DNA of 61,281 bases from Devosiaceae bacterium MH13 (lineage in GTDB: Bacteria; Pseudomonadota; Alphaproteobacteria; Rhizobiales; MH13). The position numbers and the translations under genes are program-made. Position 1 is the first letter of the stretch, and every line of letters starts with the position of its first letter. This document shows positions 19,881 through 29,677 of this stretch, in pieces. Below the pieces are notes generated by a model, which was not told the DNA's origin, did no database searches, and saw only the letters and a list, made by a program, of their open reading frames with translations. The stretch spans positions 1 to 61,281 of the forward strand of contig JAHCMG010000170.1 of NCBI GenBank assembly GCA_019192585.1. Direction: 5' to 3'.

Positions 19881-21038
19881 TTAGTTGCTGTTGCCCGAGA
19901 ACAGCCCGTCGAACATGGAGCCCGCGCGATCAAGGAAGCTGCGCTGCGCTTGCGGCTCGGCAAACGCGCTTGCCGCTTCAACCCCGGTCCCTTCGGCCGT
20001 CGGGATCGAGGCCGTGGTCAAGGCAGCATCGCTCTCAAGCGGCGCAATCGGCGGTGCGGCGGGCTCGGCGATCATCACGGTCGGCTCGCCGCCAATGGCC
20101 GGCGCGTCGTTGGGCAGCAAAGCGGGCACCGTCTGCTCGGCGCGGATCTCGGCCAGTGCCACCTCAAAGGCTTGCTGGTGCTCGGCCTGCGCCATAGCCA
20201 CCGCATCGCTGATTTGCGGCGGTGTGGTGTAGCTTGGGCACTGCTCGGCGGCGGCAAACTGGCCGGCGGCTTCGGCGTTGAAGATATAGCGCCGGTCGCA
20301 CACATCGACGCGTGGCGGGAAGCCCGTCACCTCGAAATGCTGATAGCCTTCCTGCAGCATCTGCCAGAAGGCGAAATGCTCATGGTCGGCGTGGCGCGCC
20401 ATATTCTCCGGCGTCATCCGGAAGGGGAACGCATGAACCTGGAAGGCCCGTTGCCCGCCTTCAAAGGCGTCGCGCGCCAGCGCGTAAATCTCGGCGATCT
20501 GCTCGTCGGTCATCGCGTAGCAGCCCGCAGACGAGCACGCGCCATGGACCATCAAGTGCGACCCCGTGCGGCCGTGCGAACGGTCATAGGCGTTGGGGAA
20601 GCCAAGGTTGAACGACAGGTAGAACGACGAGTTCGGGTTCATCTGCGCCGGGCGCACGGTGTAGAACCCTTCGGGCGCCTGGCGGTCACCCTCTTGGAAC
20701 TTCGGCCCCAGAGCACCTGACCAGGTGCAAATCTCATACTCTTCGAGCAGGATGTACCGGCCCGAAGCGGTCTCTTTCCAAACCTCAAGGATGCTCTCTT
20801 CCTTGAAGATGCGCATGAACACCGGGCTCGCTTCTGAAACGCCGAGCGCCTCCATTTTGGAGACCAGGCGCCACGGCAGCGGCTCAAGATGCTTGGGCAT
20901 ATATTCTGACTGACACGCAGCCAGAAGCGGCGCGGCGCTGGCAAGCAGGCCGACTTTGAGAAGCGTTCGCCGCTCAAGGCCGGGGCGCGCGCCCGTCATA
21001 TCAGACAGAGAGGTGGTGGAAGGCTTGGTTGCTTTCAT
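19881..21038 (-). CDS. L,D-transpeptidase family lipoprotein (YafK/LdtF-like)
   Basis: RIFKEES, EGDRQAPEGFY, VHGACSSAGC catalytic motif; RR-containing signal and LAAC lipobox. Confidence 0.9.
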   Translation of the reverse strand: MKATKPSTTSLSDMTGARPGLERRTLLKVGLLASAAPLLAACQSEYMPKHLEPLPWRLVSKMEALGVSEASPVFMRIFKEESILEVWKETASGRYILLEEYEICTWSGALGPKFQEGDRQAPEGFYTVRPAQMNPNSSFYLSFNLGFPNAYDRSHGRTGSHLMVHGACSSAGCYAMTDEQIAEIYALARDAFEGGQRAFQVHAFPFRMTPENMARHADHEHFAFWQMLQEGYQHFEVTGFPPRVDVCDRRYIFNAEAAGQFAAAEQCPSYTTPPQISDAVAMAQAEHQQAFEVALAEIRAEQTVPALLPNDAPAIGGEPTVMIAEPAAPPIAPLESDAALTTASIPTAEGTGVEAASAFAEPQAQRSFLDRAGSMFDGLFSGNSN

Positions 21039-21329
21039 GACGCACTACAAACAGAAGCTTTCAGACGTTCCATTGTGTCGTGCCCAGCTTACGAAAGGTT
21101 TACCACACCGGCCGCCGAAGCGGCTGCAACCATATTTGCCAACGCCCAGATACACCAAAGGCCCTAGCGGCAAAAGTGTTGGCGGCAAACCTGCCGAAAA
21201 CTGTGCCCGTTTGATGCTGCGATGACACACGAACATGGCAGCGCCAAGGCCGCCGCGCCGTCAGCAAGCACCAACTGGCAGCACGGTTAACGCGCCAGCT
21301 TAGCGGCCGGTCAAGACCGACCAGCCAGA

Positions 21330-22286
21330 TCAGCCGAGCTGGCGGCCAATCGCGAGGAACTTCGCGCGGCGATCCGCGCGCCAATCGGGTGCCTCGACGG
21401 CATCAAAACCTGCAAAGGCCGCGCTGATCTGTGCGCGAACATTGGCGAGCGCCTGTGCCGGATCGCGGTGCGCACCGCCCAACGGCTCATCGATCACGCC
21501 ATCGATCACCTGAAGGCCCGTCAGATCGGTTGCCGTCAGTTTCAGGGCCGAGGCAGCCTCAGACGCGCGGGTTGAATCGCGCCACAGGATGCTGGCGGCG
21601 CCTTCCGGCGAGATCACCGAATAAATCGAATGCTCGAGCATATAGACCTTGTTGGCCGTCGCGAGCGCGATCGCGCCGCCGGACCCACCTTCGCCAATGA
21701 TCACGCTGATCGTTGGCACCGTGAGCGCCAAGCAAGCTTCGGTCGATCGGGCGATCGCTTCGGCTTGGCCGCGCTCTTCTGCGCCAATGCCTGGGTAAGC
21801 CCCCGCCGTGTCGACAAAGCTGATCACCGGCAAACCGAAGCGGTCGGCGAGCTCCATCGCGCGCACCGCCTTGCGGTAGCCCTCGGGGCGCGCCATGCCA
21901 AAATTGTGTTTGAGCCGCGACGCGGTGTCGTCGCCTTTCTCTTGGCCGAGCACCATCACCGCGCGGCCCTCAAACCGGGCCATGCCCGCCTGGATGGCGT
22001 GATCGTCAGCAAAGCCGCGGTCGCCCGCCAACGGCGTGTAATCGGTGAACAGCATCTGGGTATAGGCTTTGAAATGCGGCCGGTCGGGGTGCCGCGCGAT
22101 CTGCGTTTTCTGCCACGGGGTCAGCTTGGCGTACAGATCGGTCAACGCGCGCTGCGCTTTGGATTCAAGTCGGGCGATCTCTTCGCCCACGTCCACAGCG
22201 GCGTCTTCGGCCTGCATCGCTTTGAGCTCTTCGACCTTGCCCTCAAGGTCGGCGACCGGTTTTTCAAAATCGAGATAGGTATGCAT
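21330..22286 (-). CDS. accA: Acetyl-CoA carboxylase carboxyltransferase alpha
   Basis: [30 protein letters not shown]. Confidence 0.98.
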   Translation of the reverse strand: MHTYLDFEKPVADLEGKVEELKAMQAEDAAVDVGEEIARLESKAQRALTDLYAKLTPWQKTQIARHPDRPHFKAYTQMLFTDYTPLAGDRGFADDHAIQAGMARFEGRAVMVLGQEKGDDTASRLKHNFGMARPEGYRKAVRAMELADRFGLPVISFVDTAGAYPGIGAEERGQAEAIARSTEACLALTVPTISVIIGEGGSGGAIALATANKVYMLEHSIYSVISPEGAASILWRDSTRASEAASALKLTATDLTGLQVIDGVIDEPLGGAHRDPAQALANVRAQISAAFAGFDAVEAPDWRADRRAKFLAIGRQLG

Positions 22287-22388
22287 AGCCTCTCACGCGG
22301 CGCCGTGCGCCATACTCTGGGGCCTCAATCGGGGCCGCCTCATGTGGGCGGGAAGAGCGGCGAGCCTTGGGGCCTCAGGGGCTGCAAG

Positions 22389-23321
22389 TCAAGGCAAGCG
22401 TTCTTCGCTCTCGGCCAACGGGTGGCAGGTAGCCACCAGCCCGTGCAGCCGCTCGTCGAGCACATGGGTATAGATTTGCGTGGTCGCAATATCCTTGTGA
22501 CCCAGAAGCGACTGCACCGTCCGCAAATCGGCGCCATGGGCCAGAAGGTGGCTGGCAAAGGCGTGGCGCAAAACGTGCGGCGACAGCGCTTTGGCATCAA
22601 GGCCCGCTTGCGCGCCCAGCAGCTTCAAGTCACGCGCGAACGCCTGGCGGGTCAGGTGACCTTCGGCACTGTCGGCGGGGAACAGGAATTTCGATGGCGC
22701 CTGCCGTTTGTCGGCATCAAGCGCTTGAAGATAGTTACGCACCGCCGCGCTCGCGACGGGGGTGACAGGCACCAGCCGCTCGCGCCCGCCCTTGCCGCGC
22801 ACGACAAAGGCTTCAGCCCCACTGGCAACCGCCGAGCGCGGTAGGCTCACCAGCTCAGTCACCCGCATGCCGGAGGCGTACAGAAGTTCGAGCAGCGCGC
22901 GCATGCGTAGCGCTTTGATCCGCGCAGCGGGTTTGAGGCCCGGTTGCTCACCTTGCTCTTTGGCGACGGTCAGCAGCGCATCAACAGCGCGCTCGTCGAG
23001 CACTTTGGGTAAAGGCTTGGGCTTCTTCGGTCCGCGCAGCGGCTCAGCGGGGTCATCGTCCCGCAGGCCTTCTGCGTACAGAAACTGGAAAAACTGCTTC
23101 AGGGCCGACAGCCGGCGGGCGGCAGTCGACGCCTTGGCGCCATTGGCCTCAAGCCGGGCGAGATAGGCTTTAATGTCGTCCGTCGTCGCCTGTGCAAGCG
23201 GGCCATCGCAATCATCGGCAAAATCTTCGAGATCGCGCCGATAGGCAGAGATGGTGTTGGGCGACGCTCCGCGCTCCACCGCAACCATATCGAGAAACAG
23301 CGTGATATCGCCCGCGCTCAT
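22389..23321 (-). CDS. xerD: Tyrosine recombinase XerD
   Basis: LYASGMRVTEL, GKGGRER, HVLRHAFASHLL, LGH...TTQIYT; canonical position upstream of accA; start set at ATG 23321. Confidence 0.9.
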   Translation of the reverse strand: MSAGDITLFLDMVAVERGASPNTISAYRRDLEDFADDCDGPLAQATTDDIKAYLARLEANGAKASTAARRLSALKQFFQFLYAEGLRDDDPAEPLRGPKKPKPLPKVLDERAVDALLTVAKEQGEQPGLKPAARIKALRMRALLELLYASGMRVTELVSLPRSAVASGAEAFVVRGKGGRERLVPVTPVASAAVRNYLQALDADKRQAPSKFLFPADSAEGHLTRQAFARDLKLLGAQAGLDAKALSPHVLRHAFASHLLAHGADLRTVQSLLGHKDIATTQIYTHVLDERLHGLVATCHPLAESEERLP

Positions 23322-23335
23322 CCACCCGGCCCCGC

Positions 23336-23476
23336 TTACTCGAACCGTTCGGTGGGAAAGCGGATGGAGATCGGCTCCGGCGTCGGCTCGACATAGGTGG
23401 CGAGCGCGTACATGGCACCCGTGACAAGCGCGCCGAGGACGCAAATCCGGAACAGAAGGCGGAAAGTGGTTGGCAT
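23336..23476 (-). CDS. Small single-pass membrane protein (46 aa, not in ORF track)
   Basis: Manual translation MPTTFRLLFRICVLGALVTGAMYALATYVEPTPEPISIRFPTERFE; fills the xerD-aroK gap where I recall a similar conserved ORF in rhizobia. Confidence 0.75.
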   Translation of the reverse strand: MPTTFRLLFRICVLGALVTGAMYALATYVEPTPEPISIRFPTERFE

Positions 23477-23612
23477 CGGTTCAGTCAGCGCGTCAGCCGG
23501 CACAGGGCCGAACTGTCGTCAAGCAGATGGACGGTGTCAGGGCGTGCGCCAGCTTACCTTTCGCACGGATCGCGCTTTTCAGCGTGCCGCAAAACGCTTA
23601 ATCAAACCTACC

Positions 23613-24227
23613 ATGACATCCCCCGCACCTTCAAATAGCCCATCGCCGGAGACCCATCTGGCGCCAGCAGACGAAATTGACGACCTGCGCACGGCGCTGG
23701 GCGACCGCCCGATTGTCATCGTCGGCATGATGGGCGCTGGAAAATCGTCCATTGGCCGCCGACTTGCGCAAGCCCTTGAGCTGACCTTTGTCGATTCCGA
23801 CGATGAGATCGAGAAGGCTGCAAACCTGACCATCCCGGAGATCTTCGAACGGCATGGAGAAGCGCACTTCCGGGAAGGCGAGCGCAAGGTGATCGCCCGC
23901 CTGCTACACGACGGCCCGCGCGTGATCTCGCTCGGCGGTGGCGCTTTCGAGAACACTGCCACCCGCGACGAGGTCAAAAAGGCCAGCCTCTCGATTTGGC
24001 TCAAAGCCGACTTTGAAACCCTGATGGCGCGGGTGCGCCGCAAATCGCACCGGCCGCTGCTGCAAACGCCCGATCCCGAAGCAACCATGCGGCGGCTGAT
24101 CGAGACGCGCGAGCCGAACTATGCGCTGGCGGATCTGTGCGTGCCCTCGCGCGACCAAGCCCATAGCGATGTGGTCAAGGCCTGCTTGTCCGCCATGCGC
24201 GTGCACCTGCTGGGCCCCACGGCCTGA
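23613..24227 (+). CDS. aroK: Shikimate kinase
   Basis: GMMGAGKS P-loop, GEAHFREGE, SLGGG, RPLL; start set at ATG 23613. Confidence 0.95.
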   Translation: MTSPAPSNSPSPETHLAPADEIDDLRTALGDRPIVIVGMMGAGKSSIGRRLAQALELTFVDSDDEIEKAANLTIPEIFERHGEAHFREGERKVIARLLHDGPRVISLGGGAFENTATRDEVKKASLSIWLKADFETLMARVRRKSHRPLLQTPDPEATMRRLIETREPNYALADLCVPSRDQAHSDVVKACLSAMRVHLLGPTA

Positions 24228-25348
24228 TGAGCGAGACCCGCACCGTCCACGTGCCGCTGGGCGAGCGCGCTTACGATATCCTTATCGGGCCGCGCTTGCT
24301 TGAGGAGGCAGGCAAGCATGTTGCCGCCATCGCACCGTCGGCGCGCGTACTGATCATCAGTGACGAGCGGGTCGCCGCTGCCCACCTGGCCCGGCTTGAA
24401 GCGGGCCTTACAGCCTCCGCAATCGATCATACCGCTCTGGTGCTGCCGCCGGGCGAGGGCACCAAGAGCTGGGATGGTATCCGCCAAGCGACCGAAGCCA
24501 TCCTCGAAGCGAAGCTGGAGCGCGGCGACCTTGTGATCGCGCTGGGCGGCGGCGTCATCGGTGATCTTGCGGGCTTTGCGGCCGCCATCGCGCGGCGCGG
24601 CATGGCCTTTGTGCAAGCGCCCACCAGCCTGTTGGCCCAAGTGGACTCATCCGTCGGCGGCAAGACGGGGATCAACACGCACCATGGCAAAAACCTTGTC
24701 GGCGCGTTTCATCAACCCGCTCTGGTGCTGGCTGACACCAGCACCTTGCACACGCTACCAGACCGCGAGTTGCGGGCGGGCTATGCCGAGATCGTGAAAT
24801 ACGGGTTGATCGATGACGCGCCCTTTTTCGAGTGGCTCGAGGTCAACGCCGCCGCACTGATCGCCGGCGATGAAGCCATCCGCGCGCAGGCCATCGCCCA
24901 TTCCTGCGAAGCCAAAGCCCGCGTGGTTGCCGCCGACGAGCGCGAGGGCGGGCGCCGCGCATTGCTGAACCTTGGCCACACTTTTGGGCACGCCATCGAG
25001 GCGCTCAACGGCTATGACCCAGATAAGCTGGTCCATGGCGAGGGCGTCTCCATCGGCATGGTGCTGGCACACCGGTTCTCGCACCATCTCGGCCACTGCC
25101 CCGGCCAGGATGTTGAGCGCGTGGTCCGGCACCTTGATGGGCTCGGCATGCCGACCCACATCGGTGCGGTGCCGGGCTTCACCCCAACCGTCGAGGCGCT
25201 CATCGAGGCGATGAAGCAGGACAAGAAAGTCTCGCGCGGCACGCTGACCTTCATCCTGACCCAAGGCATCGGCCGCAGCTTCATCGCCAAAGATGTCTCC
25301 GAAGCCGCCCTGCACGACTTCCTGTCCCAAACACTGGCCTCCGCCTAA
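24227..25348 (+). CDS. aroB: 3-dehydroquinate synthase
   Basis: LGGGVIGD, QVDSSVGGKTG, LNLGHTFGHA. Confidence 0.98.
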   Translation: MSETRTVHVPLGERAYDILIGPRLLEEAGKHVAAIAPSARVLIISDERVAAAHLARLEAGLTASAIDHTALVLPPGEGTKSWDGIRQATEAILEAKLERGDLVIALGGGVIGDLAGFAAAIARRGMAFVQAPTSLLAQVDSSVGGKTGINTHHGKNLVGAFHQPALVLADTSTLHTLPDRELRAGYAEIVKYGLIDDAPFFEWLEVNAAALIAGDEAIRAQAIAHSCEAKARVVAADEREGGRRALLNLGHTFGHAIEALNGYDPDKLVHGEGVSIGMVLAHRFSHHLGHCPGQDVERVVRHLDGLGMPTHIGAVPGFTPTVEALIEAMKQDKKVSRGTLTFILTQGIGRSFIAKDVSEAALHDFLSQTLASA

Positions 25349-25373
25349 CAGCAACCACGCTTAGCGACACACC

Positions 25374-26687
25374 ATGCTGATCACCGATATCTGGATTACC
25401 GGTCTGGCGATCCTCTTCCTGCTCGCCATGTCAGGTTTTTTTTCGGGCTCCGAAACGGCGCTGACGGCCGTCTCGCGGCCGCGCATGCTCTCTCGAGCCA
25501 AATCCGGCGACAAACGCGCAAGCATCGTCGCCAAGCTGACCGAAGATCGTGAGCGGCTTATCGGCGCCATGCTGCTGGGCAACAACCTGGTGAACATCTT
25601 CGCCTCGGCGCTGGCGACCACGCTGTTCACCTCGCTGTTTGGCGACGCCGGGCTGGTCTACACCACCATCATCATGACGGCGCTCGTGCTCATCTTCGCC
25701 GAGGTGATGCCGAAAACCATCGCGATCTCCAACACCGACCGGTTTGCCACCACCGTCGCTCTGCCGGTACGCCTGGTCGTTGCGGTGTTTGCACCGATCA
25801 CTGCCGCCGTGCAGTGGCTCATCCGCGCCATGCTGCGCCCGTTCGGGATCGACATGACGGACCAGGCGGTCCTGTCGGCGCATGAAGAAATTCGCGGCCA
25901 GCTCGACTTCCTCCACCAGGAAGGCGCCGTGGTCAAAGACGACCGCGACCGGCTTGGCGGCGTTTTGGACCTGCACGAGCTTGAGGTCTCAGACGTCATG
26001 ATCCACCGCACCAAAATGCAGTCGATCGACATCGATAGGCCGAACGCCGAAATTATCGATGAGATCCTCGCCAGCCCCTACACGCGCATCCCACTGTGGA
26101 AGGACCGGTCCGACAACATTGTCGGCGTGGTCCATGCCAAGGATGTGCTGCGCGCACTCCACCGCGCCGACAACGCGGCCAAGGTGGACGTGACCGAGAT
26201 CGCCCAATCGCCCTGGTTCGTCCCCGACGCCACGACGCTACAGGCGCAGCTCAACGCCTTCCTCAAACGCAAGGCGCATATCGCCCTCGTCGTCGACGAG
26301 TATGGCGAGGTGCAAGGGCTCATCACCCTCGAAGACATCCTTGAAGAGATCGTTGGCGACATTGCCGACGAGCACGACATCTCAGCGGAAGGCGTGCGCA
26401 AAATGGCCGATGGTTCGGTGGTCGCTGAAGGCTCGGTGCCCATCCGCGACCTCAACCGGGTGATGGATTGGGACCTGCCCGATGATGACGCGACCACCAT
26501 CGCGGGCCTTGTGATCCACGAGGCGCGGCTGATCCCGGAACGCGGCCAGGCCTTCACCTTCCACGGCTTCCGCTTCAACGTGCTGCGCCGACAGGGCAAC
26601 CGGTTGACCAGCTTGAAGATCGCGCCGCTAAAGACCGCACCGCAGGCCGGCGCGTCGGCGCCCGGGACCACTGGCCCCGTCAACTAG
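25374..26687 (+). CDS. HlyC/CorC family transporter (CNNM + CBS pair + CorC)
   Basis: FFSGSETAL, FAEVMPK, VVDEYG, TLEDILEEIVG. Confidence 0.93.
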   Translation: MLITDIWITGLAILFLLAMSGFFSGSETALTAVSRPRMLSRAKSGDKRASIVAKLTEDRERLIGAMLLGNNLVNIFASALATTLFTSLFGDAGLVYTTIIMTALVLIFAEVMPKTIAISNTDRFATTVALPVRLVVAVFAPITAAVQWLIRAMLRPFGIDMTDQAVLSAHEEIRGQLDFLHQEGAVVKDDRDRLGGVLDLHELEVSDVMIHRTKMQSIDIDRPNAEIIDEILASPYTRIPLWKDRSDNIVGVVHAKDVLRALHRADNAAKVDVTEIAQSPWFVPDATTLQAQLNAFLKRKAHIALVVDEYGEVQGLITLEDILEEIVGDIADEHDISAEGVRKMADGSVVAEGSVPIRDLNRVMDWDLPDDDATTIAGLVIHEARLIPERGQAFTFHGFRFNVLRRQGNRLTSLKIAPLKTAPQAGASAPGTTGPVN

Positions 26688-27118
26688 TCGCGGCTGAGGA
26701 TCGCCCGCATGCCATCGCTAGCGCGATCGGGCTGATTGTAGGCGTTCTCAACGATCACGCTGAGGCTCTCGCCATCAAGGTTCAGCCGCATGGTGCGCGT
26801 CGCGGAGAAGGTCTGAAACACCGCCACAAGGGCCGTGCCATCAACGGCGGTCATCTCGGCCCAGTTCCAGGTGCACAAGGCCCTGCCACAGCGGGTATCG
26901 GCCTTCACCCGCACGGAGATGAGATCGCCCTGCCGGCAGCCCAGCTCAAGCGTGACCTCGGCAACCGCGTTTTGGGCTGGCCGGGCGACGCTCCAGATGG
27001 TTTCACCGGCGACGCGGCACCATAGTGAAGGCTCAGCGGCAGGCGTCGACTGCGCCTGCGCGGGGCCGGCGCCAAGGATGAAGCCGCTGAGCAAAACCGC
27101 GATCAGGGCTCGCATCAC
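26684..27118 (-). CDS. Hypothetical secreted protein with four Cys
   Basis: Sec signal peptide ending AQA; start abuts the xerC stop. Confidence 0.7.
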   Translation of the reverse strand: MMRALIAVLLSGFILGAGPAQAQSTPAAEPSLWCRVAGETIWSVARPAQNAVAEVTLELGCRQGDLISVRVKADTRCGRALCTWNWAEMTAVDGTALVAVFQTFSATRTMRLNLDGESLSVIVENAYNQPDRASDGMRAILSRD

Positions 27119-28084
27119 TCAACCCTCCTCAAGGCGGGCGCGCGGATGCGCAGCGCGGTACCGGCTGAGAAGCGCATCAGCATCGATGCGGGTGTAAACC
27201 TGCGTGGTCGACAAGCTGGCATGGCCCAACAGGTCTTGGATGGTCCGCAGGTCACCCCCAGCGGCCAGCAGATGCGTCGCAAACGCATGGCGCAAAGCGT
27301 GTGGCGTGGCCGAGGAGGGCAGGCCTAGCCTGCCGCGGGCGATCTCGGTCACACGGCGCACGATACGCTGATCGAGCGGCCCGCCACGGGCGCCCCGGAA
27401 AAAGGGTTCATCGCCCACAAGCGCATAGGGCACCAGGCCGCGATAGCGCTCACACGCCTCGGCCACCACCGGTAGAACCGGGACCAGCCGCGTCTTGCCG
27501 CCCTTCCCGGTGATGCGCAGGCTTTGCGTGCCCGTCTCTGGCCGCGGCGCGGTTTGCGGGGTCAACGACAGCGCCTCTGAGACGCGCAGGCCGCATCCAT
27601 ACATCAGCGCAAAAACCGCCGCGTTGCGCGCCACGATCCAGGGCGCGGCTTCGAGGTCATCGGCCTCGCCGCGCGCCATTTTGAGCGCGGCATCCGCAGC
27701 CACGGGCCGAGGCAAGCGCTCGGGCTGTTTGGGCGTTTTGACGGCGCGCGCCGGAGCAGCCTGCGCCAAGCCTTCCGCTTCCATATAGGTCAGATAGGAG
27801 CGGATCGCAGCGAGGTTGCGCGCCCGCGTGCGGGCCGACGCGCCCTCTTCCACCCGCGCGGCGAGGTAGCGGCGGATGTGGGCCGGCTTGAGCGTCTGTA
27901 GGCGCGGCAGCGGGCTGCCACTGCCAGCCAGAAGATGCTGTAAAAACCCCATAACATCAGTGCTGTAGGCGTTAACGGTTGCCTCCGACAGCCGCCGTTC
28001 GGCACGCAAATGGCTGATCCAACCCGCAAAGCGCGTGTCGGGATTAAGGCCTGGCGACGGCCCGGTTTCAGCCACCTGTGTCAT
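27119..28084 (-). CDS. xerC: Tyrosine recombinase XerC
   Basis: MYGCGLRVSEAL, GKGGKTR, TPHALRHAFATHLL, GGDLRTIQDLLGHASLSTTQVYT. Confidence 0.88.
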   Translation of the reverse strand: MTQVAETGPSPGLNPDTRFAGWISHLRAERRLSEATVNAYSTDVMGFLQHLLAGSGSPLPRLQTLKPAHIRRYLAARVEEGASARTRARNLAAIRSYLTYMEAEGLAQAAPARAVKTPKQPERLPRPVAADAALKMARGEADDLEAAPWIVARNAAVFALMYGCGLRVSEALSLTPQTAPRPETGTQSLRITGKGGKTRLVPVLPVVAEACERYRGLVPYALVGDEPFFRGARGGPLDQRIVRRVTEIARGRLGLPSSATPHALRHAFATHLLAAGGDLRTIQDLLGHASLSTTQVYTRIDADALLSRYRAAHPRARLEEG

Positions 28085-28195
28085 GGCGTCATCTTAGCGC
28101 AAGGCGGTTACCATGTCGTCAAAGCGCATCGTGCGACTTTCCCCTACGGCGTGAATGCGCGGCAAGCATTATCCGTGTGTTGAACGGGGTTGCGG

Positions 28196-28223
28196 TTGAC
28201 ATGATCCTGCCAACCGTTAGGTT
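28196..28223 (+). promoter_or_regulatory. Putative sigma70 promoter of the ProX-like gene
   Basis: TTGACA-N16-TAGGTT. Confidence 0.5.
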
Positions 28224-28357
28224 CTGCACCCGATCCGACAGGTGAAACAGGGATGCGCGCCAATGCAGTGAGGCATTTGCGCCTCAGGTATTCTGTCGGA
28301 AATTCGAGAACGAAATGCCAGATATCTGGACTAATCACTCGACAAGGGAGAGTATTC

Positions 28358-29419
28358 TTGAAGTTTCGTCACCTTATTCTTAGCACCGGCGTTGCTGTAC
28401 TGGCGAGCGCTGGCGCGGGCATGGTTGCACCTGCCACGGCGCAGGCCTGCGACATCGACCGCGACATCGTTTTTGGCGATTACGATTGGGCGTCGGCCCA
28501 GTTCCACAACCGCGTGGCGCAGTTCATCCTTGAAGAGGGCTATGGCTGCTCGACGGATGTCATCCCCGGTTCAACCATTCCCCTGAACGAAGGCCTTGCA
28601 CGCGGCGACATCGACATCTCCATGGAGATCTGGCGTCCCAACGTGATCGATAGGTTCGAGGAAGAATCCGCCAACGGCACGATCGTCAAAGTGGGCCAGT
28701 CCTACCCCGACGCCATCCAAGGCTGGTTCGTGCCCCGCTATGTGGTTGAAGGCGACGATGCACCCGCCGCCGGGCTCACCAGCGTTGCGCAACTGGGCGA
28801 CTTCGCCTCGGTCTTTGAAGACCCCGAAGACCCGGAAATGGGCCGCTTCTACAATTGCATCGCCGGCTGGTCGTGCGAGGAAGTCAACTCGCGCAAACTG
28901 TACGCCTACGGCTTGGATGAGACCTTCACCAACTTCCGCCCTGGCACAGGTGGCGCCCTCGCTGCGGCCATCGAGTCGGCCGTTCTGCGCGAACGCCCAA
29001 TCGTCTTCTACTACTGGGGCCCGACGTGGGTGCTCGGTAAGGTCGGCAATGATGTGATCATGCTCGATGAGCCGGACTTCGACCAGGCGACCTGGGACGC
29101 GTTCGTGAACACCGACACGCCCGAAGATGCCGCCGGCATGGCCGCAACCGCCTATCCGACGATCGAAGTTGAGATCATGGCGAATGCCGAGTTTGCCGCT
29201 CAGGCACCCGGTGTCCTGGAGTTCTTGGGCGAATACTCGACCACCGGCCAGATGGTCTCCGAAGCGCTCCTGTACATGCAGGAGAACGATGTGGAAGCCG
29301 ATGAGGCTGCCGAAGAGTTCTTGCGCACCCGCGAAGAAGAGTTCTTGCGCACCCGCGAAGACGTCTGGACCGCTTGGGTCTCAGAAGACGTGGCAAACGC
29401 GGTCCGCTCCGCGCTCTAG
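28358..29419 (+). CDS. Glycine betaine/proline ABC transporter substrate-binding protein (ProX/OpuAC-like)
   Basis: TTG start after AGGGAG, signal peptide, DWASA, CIAGWSC, YYWGPT motifs. Confidence 0.88.
   Translation: MKFRHLILSTGVAVLASAGAGMVAPATAQACDIDRDIVFGDYDWASAQFHNRVAQFILEEGYGCSTDVIPGSTIPLNEGLARGDIDISMEIWRPNVIDRFEEESANGTIVKVGQSYPDAIQGWFVPRYVVEGDDAPAAGLTSVAQLGDFASVFEDPEDPEMGRFYNCIAGWSCEEVNSRKLYAYGLDETFTNFRPGTGGALAAAIESAVLRERPIVFYYWGPTWVLGKVGNDVIMLDEPDFDQATWDAFVNTDTPEDAAGMAATAYPTIEVEIMANAEFAAQAPGVLEFLGEYSTTGQMVSEALLYMQENDVEADEAAEEFLRTREEEFLRTREDVWTAWVSEDVANAVRSAL
29312..29359 (+). repeat. Perfect 24-bp tandem duplication (EEFLRTRE x2)
   Basis: GAAGAGTTCTTGCGCACCCGCGAA at 29312-29335 and again at 29336-29359. 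Confidence 0.95.
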
Positions 29420-29485
29420 CGCAAAGCGCACGTTGAGGGCGGCTACCAGCCGCCCGAAGCGCAAGCTTTACGCCACTAAAAATGC

Positions 29486-29514
29486 AAAAGGCCGGGCATC
29501 TGCCCGGCCTTTTT
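29486..29514. terminator. Bidirectional intrinsic terminator
   Basis: AAAAGGCCGGGCA-TC-TGCCCGGCCTTTTT between convergent proX-like and leuC. Confidence 0.85.
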
Positions 29515-29542
29515 GATTATCCAAACCTGCCTCAACACCAAT

Positions 29543-29642
29543 CGTCATCCCGGCCTTGAGCCGGGATCCAGCGCTAATCTTCAGCTGGGACGATCGCGTT
29601 TCGCCATAGGGATGGATCCTCGGGTTGAGCCCGAAGATGACG
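29543..29642. repeat. Dimeric CGTC-type REP-like palindromic element
   Basis: CGTCATCCCGGCCTTGAGCCGGGATCCA ... TGGATCCTCGGGTTGAGCCCGAAGATGACG: two inverted hairpin units. Confidence 0.75.
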
Positions 29643-29677
29643 GCCCTGCGGTGTGGGCTTGGTCTTAAGGTGCGCGC

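Noticed and set aside
21130-21200. Repeated GCGGCAA/TTGCC motifs as a possible ChvI site
   Set aside because: Spacing (15 bp) does not fit the direct-repeat spacing I recall, and such motifs are common in high-GC DNA
22389-28084. Two tyrosine recombinases suggesting a prophage or integrative element
   Set aside because: Both look like chromosomal XerD/XerC, the enclosed genes are housekeeping (aroK, aroB, corC), and no att repeats or phage genes were seen
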